From assembly GCA_964016885.1 (NCBI GenBank), contig OZ024742.1, positions 193,874,001 through 193,938,000 of the forward strand: a DNA stretch of 64,000 nt, given 5' to 3'. Positions 13,601 to 28,710 of this stretch are shown piece by piece. The position numbers and the translations under genes were made by a program. The notes beneath the pieces are model-generated. The model had not been told where the DNA came from. It saw only the letters and a program-made list of their open reading frames with translations, and did no database searches. Numbering within the stretch: the stretch's first letter is position 1; every line of letters starts with the position of its first letter. This DNA comes from Eledone cirrhosa (taxonomy: Eukaryota).

Positions 13601-14150
13601 ATGCATTATATAAAGCTATATAAAGTTTGCGCATATAGTAAGCAACTTAAAATATTTAACCGAAACAATATGAGCGTGTTAATATGATGCAGACACAGCT
13701 TTTTACAAATCTACTTCATTCTGTCGCTAAAACTAAATACCGTTAAATCATCCTCTAAGAAGTGATGTTTGTCTAGTTACTTAAGTGGTATCACGTTCTT
13801 GATTAGAAATAATATCTTCCACGTAAGATATGTGTCTACTCTCTTCAGGACATATGATTCTGTATGATGTTAAAACCGACGGAGCCAAACATGTTTGCGT
13901 AAACAGACACACCATCCTTCAAATACACAGACTCAGCTACTTGCAATCAGGGCGGCATACATCGATCCACACACATCTAAACAAATACACACGAATAGGC
14001 GTTTGTGTCTATGATGTATGTATCGTAATCTAAATCGTTAGCGCACTGTATGTACATTAGAATTATTATCTCCAAAGAGAGTTCCGTTAATAGAATTAAA
14101 TATTGCTCTACGTCCATTGCCCTGCTTCTCAACAATACGCCCCTCTCTCC

Positions 14151-14254
<104 letters not shown>

Positions 14255-15195
14255 TGTGTGTGTGTTATGCGTATTAGTTTTTCGTATATTTTATTCAATC
14301 GAAACAGTGTAAGTATTTTTCATATGTTATTTCAATAAATTTTCATTAAATGGTTTAATGATTCAATTTCAAAACCTTAATTACGAAGTGCTAAATTGAA
14401 ATACTATCACGATCTCATTTAAGTTTTAATTCGTTTCAAAGGTAAAAATATTTTTTGTTTTGCATTGTTTTCTTCTTTAAACATGTAAATATTATTTTTT
14501 CATAAGAATATGAGTGCATTTGCTTCATTAGCAAATTAACTACATTATACTGTGCTTTACGCGAAATATTCTGTTAATTATATATTATTTTAAACAGCTC
14601 TAGCAAAATACTCATACACGCCAGAAGTTATAATTGAGGAAATATAGCCTTAGTTGTACGACTTAATATCAATAAATTAATATCAATAAATAATTTCTAA
14701 TACTGAAAAAAAAAACCCCAAAAAACTTGAGTTAATTATAAACAAAGAAAATGTAAACGGTAGGAAAAAAGAAAATGCTCACACGCACAATTTCTTTGTT
14801 ATAAAGAGCATTATAACTTAACTTCACACTTTATTTTTTCTAAAAGTCAATAAGTATAACATGATTATATATTATCACGAATATTCAAAGGAAAAAAAAT
14901 TATTTGAATTGAAAATAATAGAAGTTTGGAAAAGAAGAAAAAATCTAAATTTGTCTAAAGAAATTATTGCCGAAATATAAAAATTACTTGGTACGTGACT
15001 TCTTATAAGCAAAAGAAATAATGAAACTGAAGTATAAAAACTGTACTATTATTATGTAGTTGTAATCATGCAATGATTTTAACTTCATACTATTATTTGC
15101 GTTTGACAATGACAGATAGAGAGAAAGCTTGAGGCAACTACCATCATTATTTGACGCAAGAAATAGTTTACAAGGAGAAAATTCTGATAGTTTCG

Positions 15196-15268
<73 letters not shown>

Positions 15269-15981
15269 GTATATATACACACATATGTATATACATACTC
15301 ATATATAAACACGCACATACACACACATATACATAATGTATATTCTACTTACGTGTATGAGCAAAGTATGGGTATGGCTAAGCTGGCTGTGTGTTGAAAT
15401 GTGTATTAACCAGGTTATTTACTGGTTGAAATATTGACTGTGCATCCCCTCCCATTTGTACACACGTCACAATGATTCAATTACCTTCCCCTTTATATAT
15501 ATTGATATTTGCTGTTGTTGTATCTACGTGGTTGCTTGACATGCTAGTAAAGCAGTCAGATATTTAAACCAGACATTAAATAAACTGGCAATATACATAT
15601 GCTCCTACTTACGCCTAATGTACATAGTATAGTAATGGTAAGTATGCCATTTATCCTTTGTCCTCTCGACCAATACTGACATCGAGATAAACAGCATCTA
15701 TAAGATATACGTAGCTTTAAGGAACCATATATGTAGTCGAACTATTTGCTAGGAATATTAACCAAATATATCTCAAATCAGACCGCACCATTTTTTTCTT
15801 TTTTATTTGTGCGTGTAAATGTATGTGAAAAAAGGAGATGTTAAATAACGTAATCTTGAATGACCTATCTTTGAATTAAACTATACCTCACAGTTTTAGT
15901 GCGTATATGTTTGGAAAAAGAGATACTGAGCAATATAGGCATTTATTGACTAAGTCTGAATAGACAAGATGTTTATGTATG

Positions 15982-16115
15982 TGAAGGCGCATGGCTTAGT
16001 GGTTGGGGCATTGGGCTTGCAATCGCAAGGTTGTGAGTTCGATTCTCGGACCGGGTGATTTGTTGTGTCCTTGAGCAATACACTTTATTTCAGTTTACTC
16101 AGCTGTAGAAATGAG
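15982..16115 (+). mobile_element. tRNA-derived CORE-type SINE
   Basis: A-box TGGCTTAGTGG, B-box AGTTCGATTC, then GTGTCCTTGAGCAA-ACACTTTATTTC core. Confidence 0.8.
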
Positions 16116-16119
16116 ATAC

Positions 16120-16355
16120 GATCCTGCCAAATCAATTGGTGGCAGTAGTTCCAGTTGCATGCATCGAAAGACTGGTGTAGTGGTTCTGAGAACAATGCGT
16201 CTTTGCAGATGCTCAATGCAAATTGACAACGGAAAAACGTTCCCGCTCGAGTTAGAACTATTGACCTTCAGAAGAATCAGCGACTCGTGATTGTATTAAG
16301 CAACCGAACAAATATGAAGTACACCAAATCCAATGCTCCTAGGGACAGCCCTGGT
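16120..16355 (-). repeat. Dispersed repeat of about 240 bp, possibly a REL-type LINE 3' end
   Basis: Inverted homolog of 36135-36363; weak RERLSIV...RIVL similarity to REL C-termini. Confidence 0.5.
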
Positions 16356-17221
16356 TCTTTTTATTTGCGATGTAAACTTGGCCAGAATAGATTAGATTAT
16401 GTATGGAATGCTTCAGATCTTAGTTTTGCTTGATCAGGTCTCGTCGGGCTTTAAATTATACAAAGAACAAGATAAAGACATTATAAACAGGCCTTTCTGA
16501 GTTTTTACAATGCTGGTTCGATCAAGTGAGCTCGTCAAAGTAACGTGTAAATGGCGGAGACCAACGAACCATATACTTTTGACGTAATTCTCATGTAGAC
16601 TTAACGTGTCACGCTTAGAGACATGACTGGCCCTTTGAATTACATCCAGAATCTAACTTATTTTATAATATAAGTGACTGAGTCTTCTCCAGACACATGT
16701 ACCAATACCATATTTCTCGGAGAGATTCAGCAAATAATTCTGCATTATGAGACTGGCCTTTTAAAGTACAGATACATCACCAATTGGGTGCCGAACACTT
16801 TGCTCTCAACAAATTATATCGACAATTCGAAATCTGACCGAAATAGAACACTACCGAACAATGAGTAGTAATCTGGTACTCAAGAGTTTAAAGTATACTG
16901 CTTAAACATTGAACCATGTTGCTGCCAACGTGTTTATACATAACATCAATTCTGCCATGCATTTGCATGATTCTATATATTAACCAAAATAACTGTTCGC
17001 CTCACAGTTAAAGTAAACACACATCACAAAGACTCGAAATAAACATTTTAGCATTTGATAGTGCAACCATATTGTAGGACACCAAAGTACTGATTAATTA
17101 TATTGTAGACATTCCAATAAAAGTCTATTTTTATATACCCATGAGTTACGATATTGAGTTTATTTATTGTATTTTCTCATACACCAAGTAGAGTATAATT
17201 GCGCATTATATTAAGACAATA

Positions 17222-17332
17222 TATCCCGCTGAAATTGACTTTGCCTTTCATCCTTACAGGGTCGAGAAAATAAAGTACCAGTAATGCACTGGGTAATTGC
17301 TGGCCTTGTGCCTAAAGTAGAAACAATTATAT
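17222..17332 (+). mobile_element. SINE 3' half (GACTTTGCCTTTCATCC family)
   Basis: Closely similar to 38985-39095. Confidence 0.8.
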
Positions 17333-17980
17333 TAAGACAACATATTTTATATGTGGAAAATGTTTTATTAAATTAATTAACTTAATTCCGTAATATTAAA
17401 CGCATTCTATAAAATACTTGAATGCTTTTAATAGAATTTTAGACCCCCTCTAAACATATTTTGGAAATAATATATTTCGCTATTTATTGAAAATATTATT
17501 ATGAGATTGTACTGAAATGAACCTACCAACAATTGTTTTAAAGTTTTATAGAATATTTGGTAATTTTTATTGCGTTTAGAATTATATTTCCATACTAGAG
17601 CGCATCGCAGTAAAATGCAATTTTGGAAATAAATAAATATAATTACCTCAACTGATTATGTTATGAATATAATTTAGTTTTGTTACAGAACATTTTAGGT
17701 TGGTATCTTATTTGAAAATGGATAGAACAATAGAAAACTTCTAGCTCACATATAAAAACGTTTCACCTTGGTTGCTATCTTTCTCGCTTCGTGCTGAAAC
17801 AAATACATCTTTTTGGAGAGATTTTGCACATTTCTATGTAAAATGTGTATCCTGTACTAACTTAATACTAAATATATATCTTGTACTAACTTGACCTGTG
17901 GTGTCCACGGACTGTATATATGGGAACACTTCAAAATATATCATATATATGCTTACGCATCGAGTGTGTGTGTGTGTGTG

Positions 17981-18145
17981 TTCATGTTATTAAGCCTAAA
18001 TAATGAGTTGTATTACTCTGGTTTGTCGAACCTGTGATAAACTCCAGAGTAACAAGAGTCACTATTTAGCCTTAATAAAATGAATATTAGAACTCTACTT
18101 CGGTATTGAGTACTCCTTTCATTCAGCCGTCAACACCCACGTTAT
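17981..18145 (+). mobile_element. Short fold-back element with tail (family A)
   Basis: Imperfect inverted arms (TTCAT.TTATTAAG...TTACTCTGG / CCAGAGTAA...CTTAATAAAATGAA), then ACTC-N12-GAGTAC tail and (TA)n. A diverged minus copy lies at 39490-39645. Confidence 0.65.
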
Positions 18146-18163
18146 ATATATATATATATATAT

Positions 18164-18363
18164 GTTTTAATATAGATGAGATTCTACAGGACTAGAACTG
18201 TTTCATTCATTAGAAATCATCAGGAATCTGAGATTCCTGATGATTTCTAATGAATGAAACAGTTCTAGTCCTGTAGAATCTCATCTATATTAAAACTGTT
18301 ATACTCTGCTATGTATTGAGTACCTTACTTACTGTGGTTACCTCCGATTCAACCCGGAATAAC

Positions 18364-18365
<2 letters not shown>
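18164..18365 (+). mobile_element. Perfect 66-bp-arm palindrome with back-to-back HHRs plus tail (family B)
   Basis: Arms 18164-18229 and 18231-18296; tail TACTC-N11-GAGTAC; (TA)n on both sides. Confidence 0.9.
18230..18282 (+). ncRNA. Type I hammerhead ribozyme (mirror copy at 18178-18229, minus)
   Basis: GAGATTC-CTGATGA-tTTCtaatGAAt-GAAA; stem III ACAG/CTGT; GUA triplet; GAATCTC closes stem I. Confidence 0.8.
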
Positions 18366-18412
<47 letters not shown>

Positions 18413-18496
18413 ATAATAGAATATGTGTTCCTACACGCACAATGAAACCTTTTCTTATTTGCTAAACCTTGATTATATATATATATGTATATATAT

Positions 18497-19020
18497 ATTA
18501 GAAAGTGAGGTTTTTTTTTTTTTTTTTTTTTTTTTACAAAATAAAGACTACAGAATAGTTTTCCAAATAAGGGCGCAAAAATGTAATGAAAACTTGTTCA
18601 CGTGACAGCCAAATTTCATTTATAACCAACCAAAAAAAAAGCCTTCGTGAGCCTCATTTTTTCAAGTAAAAAGAAATTCAAACACTCATATATGAAAAAA
18701 CAACCTGTGACAACCCCCCCCCCCCTCTCTTATTTGAAGAACTATTGTAACGCGAACTGGCGCGAAATTTATTATAATTATTGACAAACCAATCAAACTA
18801 CTTCTCGAAAAACCTTTTTTTCGAGCCACTTTTTCCATATAAAACAAGCAACATTTAGAGACCAACCAGATGTGAGAAAAACCACAGACCCTCCATCTCA
18901 ACTCACCTTTTGAAAAGCAGAAGAACTGCGAAACCGGTAAAGGAACCAAATAAATATATATATTTTTAAAAAAAAATAAGAGTTCAGTTGCATTTTCGAT
19001 TTCATCCCTTTTTCTTTATA
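18497..19020. mobile_element. HHR-bearing element, family J (tail stub plus inverted arm)
   Basis: Starts with TTAGAAAGTGAG-polyT-ACAAAAT like 21628 and 57902. 18875-19020 is the reverse complement of those copies. Confidence 0.8.
18906..18943 (+). ncRNA. Minimal hammerhead with U3-A8 variant core
   Basis: CCTT-TTGAAAA-GCAGaagaaCTGC-GAAAC-CG-GTA-AAGG. Confidence 0.8.
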
Positions 19021-19181
19021 TATATATATATATATATATTCTGAGGGAGTTCAATGTGATACGATGCGTGACCTTCAAATTAAAGATACACCTTTATTTG
19101 GCTTTATTTATCTCAATGATTTCTAATTGCATTTTACTGCAATGCGCTCTAGTATGGAAATATAATTCTAAACACAATAGA

Positions 19182-19269
<88 letters not shown>

Positions 19270-19299
19270 TATATATATATTTTCTATTGCGTTTAGAAT

Positions 19300-19338
<39 letters not shown>

Positions 19339-19366
19339 GTATAAAAATCAATACAATATAATTACC

Positions 19367-19432
19367 CCATTACCAGAGGTTTCCCGAATGAGGCGAATAC
19401 GAAAGAAACGTCTTCATTCGTTCTTCAGACGA
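19367..19432 (-). ncRNA. Type I hammerhead ribozyme
   Basis: TCGT-CTGAAGA-aCGAATGA...TCATTCGg-GAAAC-CTCTG-GTA-ATGG, next to a (TA)n tract. Confidence 0.7.
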
Positions 19433-19932
19433 GGCAATATAAAACATGGGTAAATACTTGGAAAGTCTCATCAAGAAAAGCAAAAAAAAATATATAGACA
19501 AATGAATTACAATATGAAATATATAAAAATCTTTCAAGAAATATAGTTAGGTGTGTGTATATGTATGTATATGCGCTCACAGATGTGCATATATATGTAT
19601 GCACAAATGTATACGTATAGTAAAAAAGTGTGCGTAAATATATATTTTTGGGCAAATGTATCTGTGTATCTGTAAACTAAAGACAGAATAGATACATCAT
19701 AAGAATATGAAGGCACGCGCATAAACGCACCTACACACACGTACACTTATATGGTGAAGTAAAAGAGGTAAGGGAGTGTAATAATTAAAGGAAAGTATCA
19801 ATCTCGATATATTTATAAAATTGGAACAATAATTTAGAAAGAAAAAATTAAAGAAAAGAAGACAAACAAGGTACACGCATACACACACACGTATATCTGC
19901 CAAAAGAAACACAACAAAAAAAGAAATGGAAA

Positions 19933-19994
<62 letters not shown>

Positions 19995-20065
19995 TTTCCA
20001 TTTCTTCATATAAAGCCTGAAACCAGAAAGACATTTTGAACCTCGAATCTGTCGTCGTTTCCTTG

Positions 20066-20315
<250 letters not shown>

Positions 20316-20417
20316 ACTTCTACCTGGAGTTGCGACCAATAGATAGTATTACCAACTGGAAAGACCAACGGAAACATTGTTTCCCCGGTTCGATTTGACG
20401 AAAGTCGATCGTTCCTT

Positions 20418-20503
<86 letters not shown>

Positions 20504-20866
20504 TGTATTCTCCACACACAGGCTATAACAATCATATAAAGAATTCATCACCAGATCAACCTCCTTAACACTCTCGATTACCTGCTTAAGTGCTTCTATT
20601 ACACGTAACTCTCTGCCACACTATATAAACAAGACGCACGTGCTTGCCACACATATAACTTTTGCACTCTATAACCGCTTAATTTCATGTTGTTTTTTAA
20701 CCTGTATTTTGTATTGTATTTTTGATTGTATCTTTTGAATGTAATCTCTAAATGTGTGCTGCCTCACTAAATGCTATAATGAATGTTGACCCACAATATT
20801 CGCATATGTATCTGTATGTCTCTTGGGTGAAAAGGAGGTCATATAAGTGTTCATTCAATAATAAAT

Positions 20867-20913
20867 TGCTCCAAAGAATCCAAACCTCGGCTTGGAGGAA
20901 ACAGTTGTAAGCA
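20867..20913 (+). ncRNA. Decayed hammerhead at the end of a probable Penelope-type 3' UTR (about 20510-20965)
   Basis: TGCT-CCAAAGA (core mutated)-TCCAA...TTGGA-GAAAC-AGTT-GTA-AGCA. Confidence 0.45.
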
Positions 20914-20962
20914 TAAAAATGTTTTGAACAGTTCTTTGATTCTTATAATTCATTTATAATTC

Positions 20963-21072
<110 letters not shown>

Positions 21073-21090
21073 GTATATATATATATATAT

Positions 21091-21835
<745 letters not shown>

Positions 21836-21929
21836 AATTTGTGCGTGTGTGTGCTTTTGTATGAGAGTGTAAAAGCACAGTCCGGACAAACTTAACTAAA
21901 ATAGTTTATACCATATCTTTTATTATAGT

Positions 21930-22280
21930 TTATGTGGATGAACATCCCACAGACAGGTGTGTCCTTAACTTACTTCTCGGAGATTTAGTGTACCACAGTG
22001 TTGTGTGTGATAAGGTAGGGCAGTTTAACTACATATATATTACATTTGGTATTGTATTTTATGTGGATGAGCACCCCACGAACAGGTGTACCATTACTGT
22101 ATTACACGGGTAAATGCAATGCAGAATAGTGTGAGATTGTCGGTTCATTTACTTAAATTTAAAGTCTATTTTGTATTATATTGCATTCCACAGTCAGATG
22201 TACAATTCTAGTAAATGACAGGGACATTCAGCATAACACTGTAAGTGTAACGAGGAGGAACCTTTTGAATTACAGATACA
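21930..22280. repeat. Degenerate tandem repeat, period about 110-130 bp
   Basis: TATGTGGATGA.CA.CCCAC..ACAGGTGT at 21931 and 22060, with a third diverged unit near 22184. TTTGAATTACA/TACAGATACA motifs are shared with 16620-16780. Confidence 0.55.
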
Positions 22281-23809
22281 ATCCATCCAAATAGCTTCCA
22301 AAATGTGTTTCTCTGCACAATTTTATTTTCACAAACATGTCCAGACAAGACTGTGCTGAAACATTTCCCCTCAGTCACAATGCAGTAGGATTGAATCGGG
22401 GACGTTATGATTGCCTAAGCAAGTTTCCTAACCATTAATACATGCTGAGTATACATTGAAATATCATTGTTAACAATAACACCAATTCTAAAAGTATATC
22501 ATGTAATTTTTCTATGTTGGAACGGTTATGAAATGGAAGAGAAACACCCCATAAAATTGTGCCTCGTTAGATAGGTGATAGAACATTTCTTAATCATAAT
22601 TATAATTAAGTATTTACAAGTTGTAACAATCAAGACTTAATAGGACAGCTAATTAACTCGGACACTCGCCGACTTCCTGGGAATTATATCAGTTGGATTC
22701 CGCTTTAAATTTCTTCATTCGAAAAGAAATATACTGTTCAGAATGATGTTTAAACTTTCAACGAATGCAATTTATTCTATGATAGAAATTACTGTTTGAT
22801 TGAATTAAAAGTTAGTGGGAAGCTATTACTAGACGAACTACATCAGATGGGTTAATTTTACTTACTGTAAGAAAATCAGCTGCAGGATGTCCATTAAATA
22901 TATTTGAATATAAAGTAATGTTTAACGACGAGATGGCAGAGTCAGTTAGGAGGCAGACATAACGCTCTGCGGTATTCACTCCAAATCTAACTTTTCTTTT
23001 TTTTCGGTATTGATAAATAAAGTACCAGTCTAATACTAATGTTGATTTTTATACCTCCTTCTCCTGGAAGAAACCAGCTGGGGCTTGTCCAAGGGTAAGG
23101 TAGATTGTGCTCAAGATATGTCATATACCACATCAACATGTCTGCAACGATCCTGCTGTTTCATCCTTCCACTGGTATTTCATGGCACATTGTCATCCAA
23201 CGTCCAGCTGCATAAGATCCGGGCCCAACGTAATGAAAATAGAGATATATTTATTTGAAGACCCATGGGTCCAAATATTATTTTTTAATTTGCACGGCCA
23301 ATGATGTGCAAGAACAATCTCTACATATTATGTATACTATTACTTGATATGTTCCTATATTATTGCAAATTCTAACGAACAGCATGCTACAAGCTGATTG
23401 TATGTCAACATAAACATGTAATTGGCAATAATCTGGTTAATTGATTATACATATTCGATTATGTATATTTAGCGAAAGTAAATTTACAGAAGCTATTTCA
23501 TTGATGTGTAATGTCGGAATATGTCTATACTTTTACAAGTCTAATTCATATAAGTGTGAGTGTTTATGTGAGTGTTTATGTGTGCATGTATATATGTATG
23601 TGTGTGACTGCATGATCGACAAAAATCCAGCAATTTCGATGCAGATGTCCAGCATGTTCACAATTAAATAACCGATGACTAGTGAAAAGTAATGGAATAA
23701 AATAATATCTTCTGAAAGATATATAGTAGATATATGTGTCTGTGTCTGTGTATATATATATATATATGCACAAATATATATAGACATATAATCAAACTGT
23801 TAGATATAT

Positions 23810-24329
23810 ATAGCGTGCCACAGCTTGAGATCGGTGTGGAAGTCGGATCTCCGTAAAGGCCTGATCCGCCTCTTCATTGCTGTAGTGGAGTCTGTGCTGC
23901 TGTATGGGTCTGAGACTTGGACATTGACCAAGAAACTCACTCAGATGGTGGATGAGTGCTACACGAGAATGCTGAAGATGACTCTGAACATTATTCAGTA
24001 TACACTGAGGATAACAAATTCAGAGCGGTATGGGAGCCTCCCAAAAATCAGATCAAAAGTGACACAGAGGAGATTGCGGTTAGCTGGACATGCTCACCGA
24101 CTTCCAGAGTTGACATTGCACTCAGTGCTCCTGTGGGAGCCCCTACATGGACACACTGGAAGGGGAAGACCAAGGTTAACCTATGCTGAGGTTAACCTAT
24201 GCCCAAGTTTAACCTATGCCCTAAGGACAGACACTGGTCTGTTGGAGACGCGGGACATGGCAGAGATAATGAGGGACAGCGACCGTTGGAGAAAACTGGT
24301 CCATTGATCTCGGGAACTTTACCCGCTCT

Positions 24330-24330
<1 letters not shown>
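23810..24330 (+). mobile_element. RTE-clade LINE 3' fragment
   Basis: ORF 23825-24307: VESVLLYGSETWTLTK...RRLRLAGH...LLWEP..GRGRPRLTY...DTGL...DRWR. Internal triplication of TTAACCTATGC. Confidence 0.9.
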
Positions 24331-24397
<67 letters not shown>

Positions 24398-24511
24398 TCC
24401 TGCATATATACATGCATGCAAACATATATATATACACACACGCATATGCATTCCTACGTCAATCCCTACATTTGTGTGCGTGTGTGCCTGCGATGATCTA
24501 CGAACAAAATC

Positions 24512-25297
24512 TGTGGCCTATGATAAATCATTGAGTCTCTGATAAGGCAGGATATGAAACTAATACGTTTATTATTAAGCGTTGAAATCTCATAAGAAAG
24601 TATAATATATCATCGAGAAATTTATGGTCAAACTTACTTTGACTACAGTTATCAAGAGCAGCACTAAATGAAATCAATAACTGATCATGCCATCCACAAT
24701 ATTCCTTACAATACTATTATGTAACATATAATTCTAGTTAAAGATAGCAGTGAACATGTTTGAAATCAGTGCCTTATCTTATAACCGTAATTTATCGTTC
24801 AAGTGTCAATTATGATAATGCTCTTATCTGTTTTCCAGCCTTAGTATGTAGGCAGTGATTATCTGTAGCTTAGATGTTGATAAATATAAACATACCAAAA
24901 ACAATCCTAAATAAACATACAGGGTATGTTGATGACCTAACGTAGGATATATATGATACATGTTAGTTTATGTGAGACTCTGAAAACTATCAAATATCGC
25001 TAAGAAATAGAAGTGTGTTTGTGAATGAATGGGTGATTCGTAGTATCCCCTTGTTTATACATTGAAAATGCACACACACAAACATACAGACACACACAAG
25101 TATATGAACACAATCGATGAAACTCCGTCGTTGGTTTCGATAGTAAATATTGTAGTTTATTGAACAGGAGAACCTCCTCAACAAATTACCGTGGAAGTAG
25201 CGGAATAGTTCACAGATTATTGTTTCAACTCTTAATAATAAACATTAGTTTCATATCTTGCCTTATCAGGGGTTCAATGATTTATCATAGGGCACAT
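24512..25297. repeat. Inverted repeats of about 65 bp around a spacer of about 650 bp (MITE-like or decayed fold-back element)
   Basis: 24512-24578 is the reverse complement of 25231-25297. Confidence 0.65.
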
Positions 25298-25934
25298 GTA
25301 ATTCTGAGGGAGTTCAATGGATACCATGCGTGACCTTCAAATTAAAGATACAGCTTTATTTGGCTTTATTTATCTCAATGATTTCTAATTTAGGCGCAAA
25401 ACCAGCATTGTTGATGGGAGTGGAAATCGATTATACCTACGCTAGAACTTTACTGATACTTGAATTTCTCTATTCCGAATGTTGATCTCCGTGAGATTTG
25501 AATTCACTTAATCTAATTCTGATCAGGATTTATTCGATATTTTGACAACTCTACCAAATCACTTTTCTAAACTTATTAATTAGAAATATTTACCCTTAAC
25601 AACCATGTGTCAAGCAGAATTTCCATTTGAATTAAGATAATGGCTATCCTAGGTGTAGAACGACCATGCAAATGGAACATTCATGTGCGAAAACAGAAGA
25701 ATGTTCAGAAAATGTTACTCAAGTAAACATTTGATATTATAAAAGAAAGAAACATGGTATTGATTAAATCAGCTTTGATAAACTAATTGTACCAATGAAA
25801 TACATAGAAGCTTGCAAGATCAATATGAACGTGACTTGAATTCGGAATGCAATGAAAGCAAACGCAATATATATGCACGCATTTAAATATATACATACAT
25901 ATATACACGGACATACACATTTATACTTATTCCG

Positions 25935-27800
25935 CCTCTGTGCCGTCTTATATCTGGGAGAGTCGTAGGGGCAGAGTCCTCAACAATGCCTTCAAGCAAG
26001 GCTTCGCAGAAGTAATAGTCTCCAAACATTCCCAAGCGAGAACAGCTGGGCACATGAATCATATCCATCAATCTTGTTCAGAGTCAACCCTTGGGTCTCA
26101 TGCCGGTTGAATTCGTCCATAACATCTCTCTAGTGATTCAAGAGAGATTCTAACCCCATAGCCGTAATATCGGGGCTGCGATCTCACACTTCGGAGAAGT
26201 AGCGGCTCGACCTGAAGAGATTCTCTGATCTCCAATCTACGTATTCTATCGAGTAACGTTCTTCTGAGGGCTACGAAAAAAGATTACACATCTTAGTAAT
26301 AAATTAGGATTTTTCAAAGACCGGGAATCATCACTTCCGACTGCCATTGCTTAGGTGCCTGTTCCAGAGATCCGGTTCACTCCCTGAGTCGGGCAGTAAA
26401 TAGTTTGTTTTTTATATAAGGCTTTTCACATCTTGGGCTGACTTTCAAACTCCTCAGTATACTTTCCACTTTCAAGCGCTATAACTGGTCTGTGACCCCA
26501 GCATCCGTGAATTTAGTCACCATTGAAATATGCAACTCATGTACATCAGCTAATGATGTGGCTGGACTTTGGAGATCTGCAATATATTTCTTCTACCGCT
26601 CCAAAGAGCGGAGAACGCCAGACGTGTGACTGATAGCAGGCGTAGAGGAGGACATTTTCTTACAATGTCGAAGGGTGGTCTGCCAATACTCTTCATTTGA
26701 AGTGGTATTGCGGCTTAACCACAAAGACCTCCCATTTTTTTAACTTTGGAAGCCTTACAGTCTGTTGCGATTTTCCGTGCCTACCTGAATCTCAAGTGCT
26801 GAATTACAATCTGAATTACAACGTTTGTTTAGGAAATAGAGATATTTCCTAGTCAAACGTTGTAAGCTTTCTTCATTGCTCAGAGGATATCTCTGCTTGA
26901 AAGGCATCTCTTGATCGAACCCTGTGGTTCTCTTGCCACACGTCTGCACTCGCAGATGCCATCACCCGTAGAATTTAACAGACGAAGCAGAAACTGCCGT
27001 GCTAAACAGTCTGCACTTAGTCCTCAATTTGACCCGGGTTTTCTCCATAATTGGATGGAAGAGTATCCGCAAACTTTCTTACTAAATATCTAATCTGCCA
27101 GCTCTTCCACTTTAACCTTTAGTCGAGCGGGAACTGCAGGTATTGTGGGATGCCTTGGCTTTATTTTGTCTCAAGCTCAAACATCTAGTTTGTGATCAAT
27201 TGATAGCTCAGGTGCTCTTTTAACACGAAGATCCAGCACCGAATAAAAAAATATCGGACATAATAACAAAATATATTTTTGATCTCTGTTCCTGATTCCA
27301 CTTATACTATTTGTATCTACGGAAGTATTTGTGCTGGAGGAACTTGTTCATAATAGAAAGACGAATTACTAGACTAAAAACCTTATAAGGCCTCGAACTT
27401 TCTGTTTTCATCGGGATCCTCCCTTTCCATGAGATCCCGTTCATAGAATATTTTCACAGCCAGGTGATTTCTGAGTATCCCCATTCCTCTCTGTGTAGTA
27501 TTTTCTAGCGACACCTGTACAGAGGCGTTTCCATCGACCATACAAATCTTTAGTGTCCCTGCCAGATAAACTTGTTGAGGAAGCTCCGACTAGTTATAGC
27601 CTCCTCTACTAGCTCCTACTCTTTGCCTGTAAGGGTTGCAATGTTCCAGTTACCAATTGTCAATGTTTTCTCGCATCAGGATCCTCTTTGATGTCTCGGG
27701 TTACGTAACTTCCATGCTTCCATCCCACGCCTCATAGGACAGATCACAAGCCCCTCGCCAGCTTTTGTAGTGCTGGATGAAAATTGCGAAATATGTTTCA
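25935..27800 (-). mobile_element. Heavily decayed RTE-like LINE (APE to 3' end)
   Basis: LTIGNWNIATLTGKE (APE N-terminus) at about 27620-27665 and VRS..RYYG...RPKG (RTE C-terminus) at about 26090-26190. Confidence 0.7.
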
Positions 27801-28217
27801 AACAGGCCCCTTCACCTGAACGCATCACTTGTTATCTTGTACGAAGGACAATGCAGTGTCGATGTATGTACTATTTCTGGCCATATTGCAGTGTTTTGAT
27901 GGTTTCTTTTAGCTAGTCCTAAATTTGGTACATTTCTCAGACCCTCAATGACTAGGTTGTTTCAAGGGCGGCCCTTATTGGCCTCTTCTTACCTACATCA
28001 CCTGATTGTGGGACTTTGCTTTGAAGGTAACTTCGTCACCTATTGTTCTATTTTCTCTAGTAGTTTACCGCTGTTGGTCCAGAGCTGCTTATTCGTTCGA
28101 TAGAAGCCTTCTTATATAGAAACTAGTCAGCATTTATGGTGGCTGTTTCATTATCTGCAAACCAGTTTTGAATGTACACACACACACATGTACGCGCACA
28201 CACACACACGCACAGAC

Positions 28218-28269
<52 letters not shown>

Positions 28270-28409
28270 CAATGAAAAAAGGCCAGATTCTAATTACTAT
28301 TTTAATGTTGTAAAATCCCGATACTTATTTCTATGGCTGACAAACCCTGTCATCATGTCATGACACAAGACATAGGGTGATGTCTTCAGGTGGTATTCAC
28401 AAAAATGAT

Positions 28410-28710
28410 TAAGTATTCAATTACTGGATTGCAGCAAAACAATCAAATAATTGACACAGAGGCACTCTGCTGGTCATTGAGACCTCGGTGACAATTCTCC
28501 TTTGAATGCAACATAATCCACAAGGCCTAGCATTGTGGATTCGTAGGCGTGACGGGGAAAGTTGTTGCTTGACAGCGACACATTCCGGCCAGTCGGAAAT
28601 TCCATCAGCGTCAACAGTTTGCAGTATTTTAAAAGGTCAGGGAGCGCCATGTAGTCTGCAAAGGCAATGCAGTGTGACAGTTGTTCTCTTAAAGGGCATC
28701 ACAATTAATA
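28410..28710 (-). mobile_element. Probable Helitron RepHel remnant
   Basis: Broken frames give GAP*PFKILQTVD...MLGLVD...LCQLF...CCNP, resembling GPTSFEDLRTVDG...LGLL.DD...LR.LF...C.P. Confidence 0.45.

Noticed and set aside
15982-16050. tRNA gene (also at 20199 and 38905)
   Set aside because: A and B boxes are present, but there is no clean cloverleaf and SINE bodies follow directly.
21930-22280. CRISPR-like repeat-spacer pattern
   Set aside because: Only 2-3 degenerate units with long period, eukaryotic context and no cas genes.
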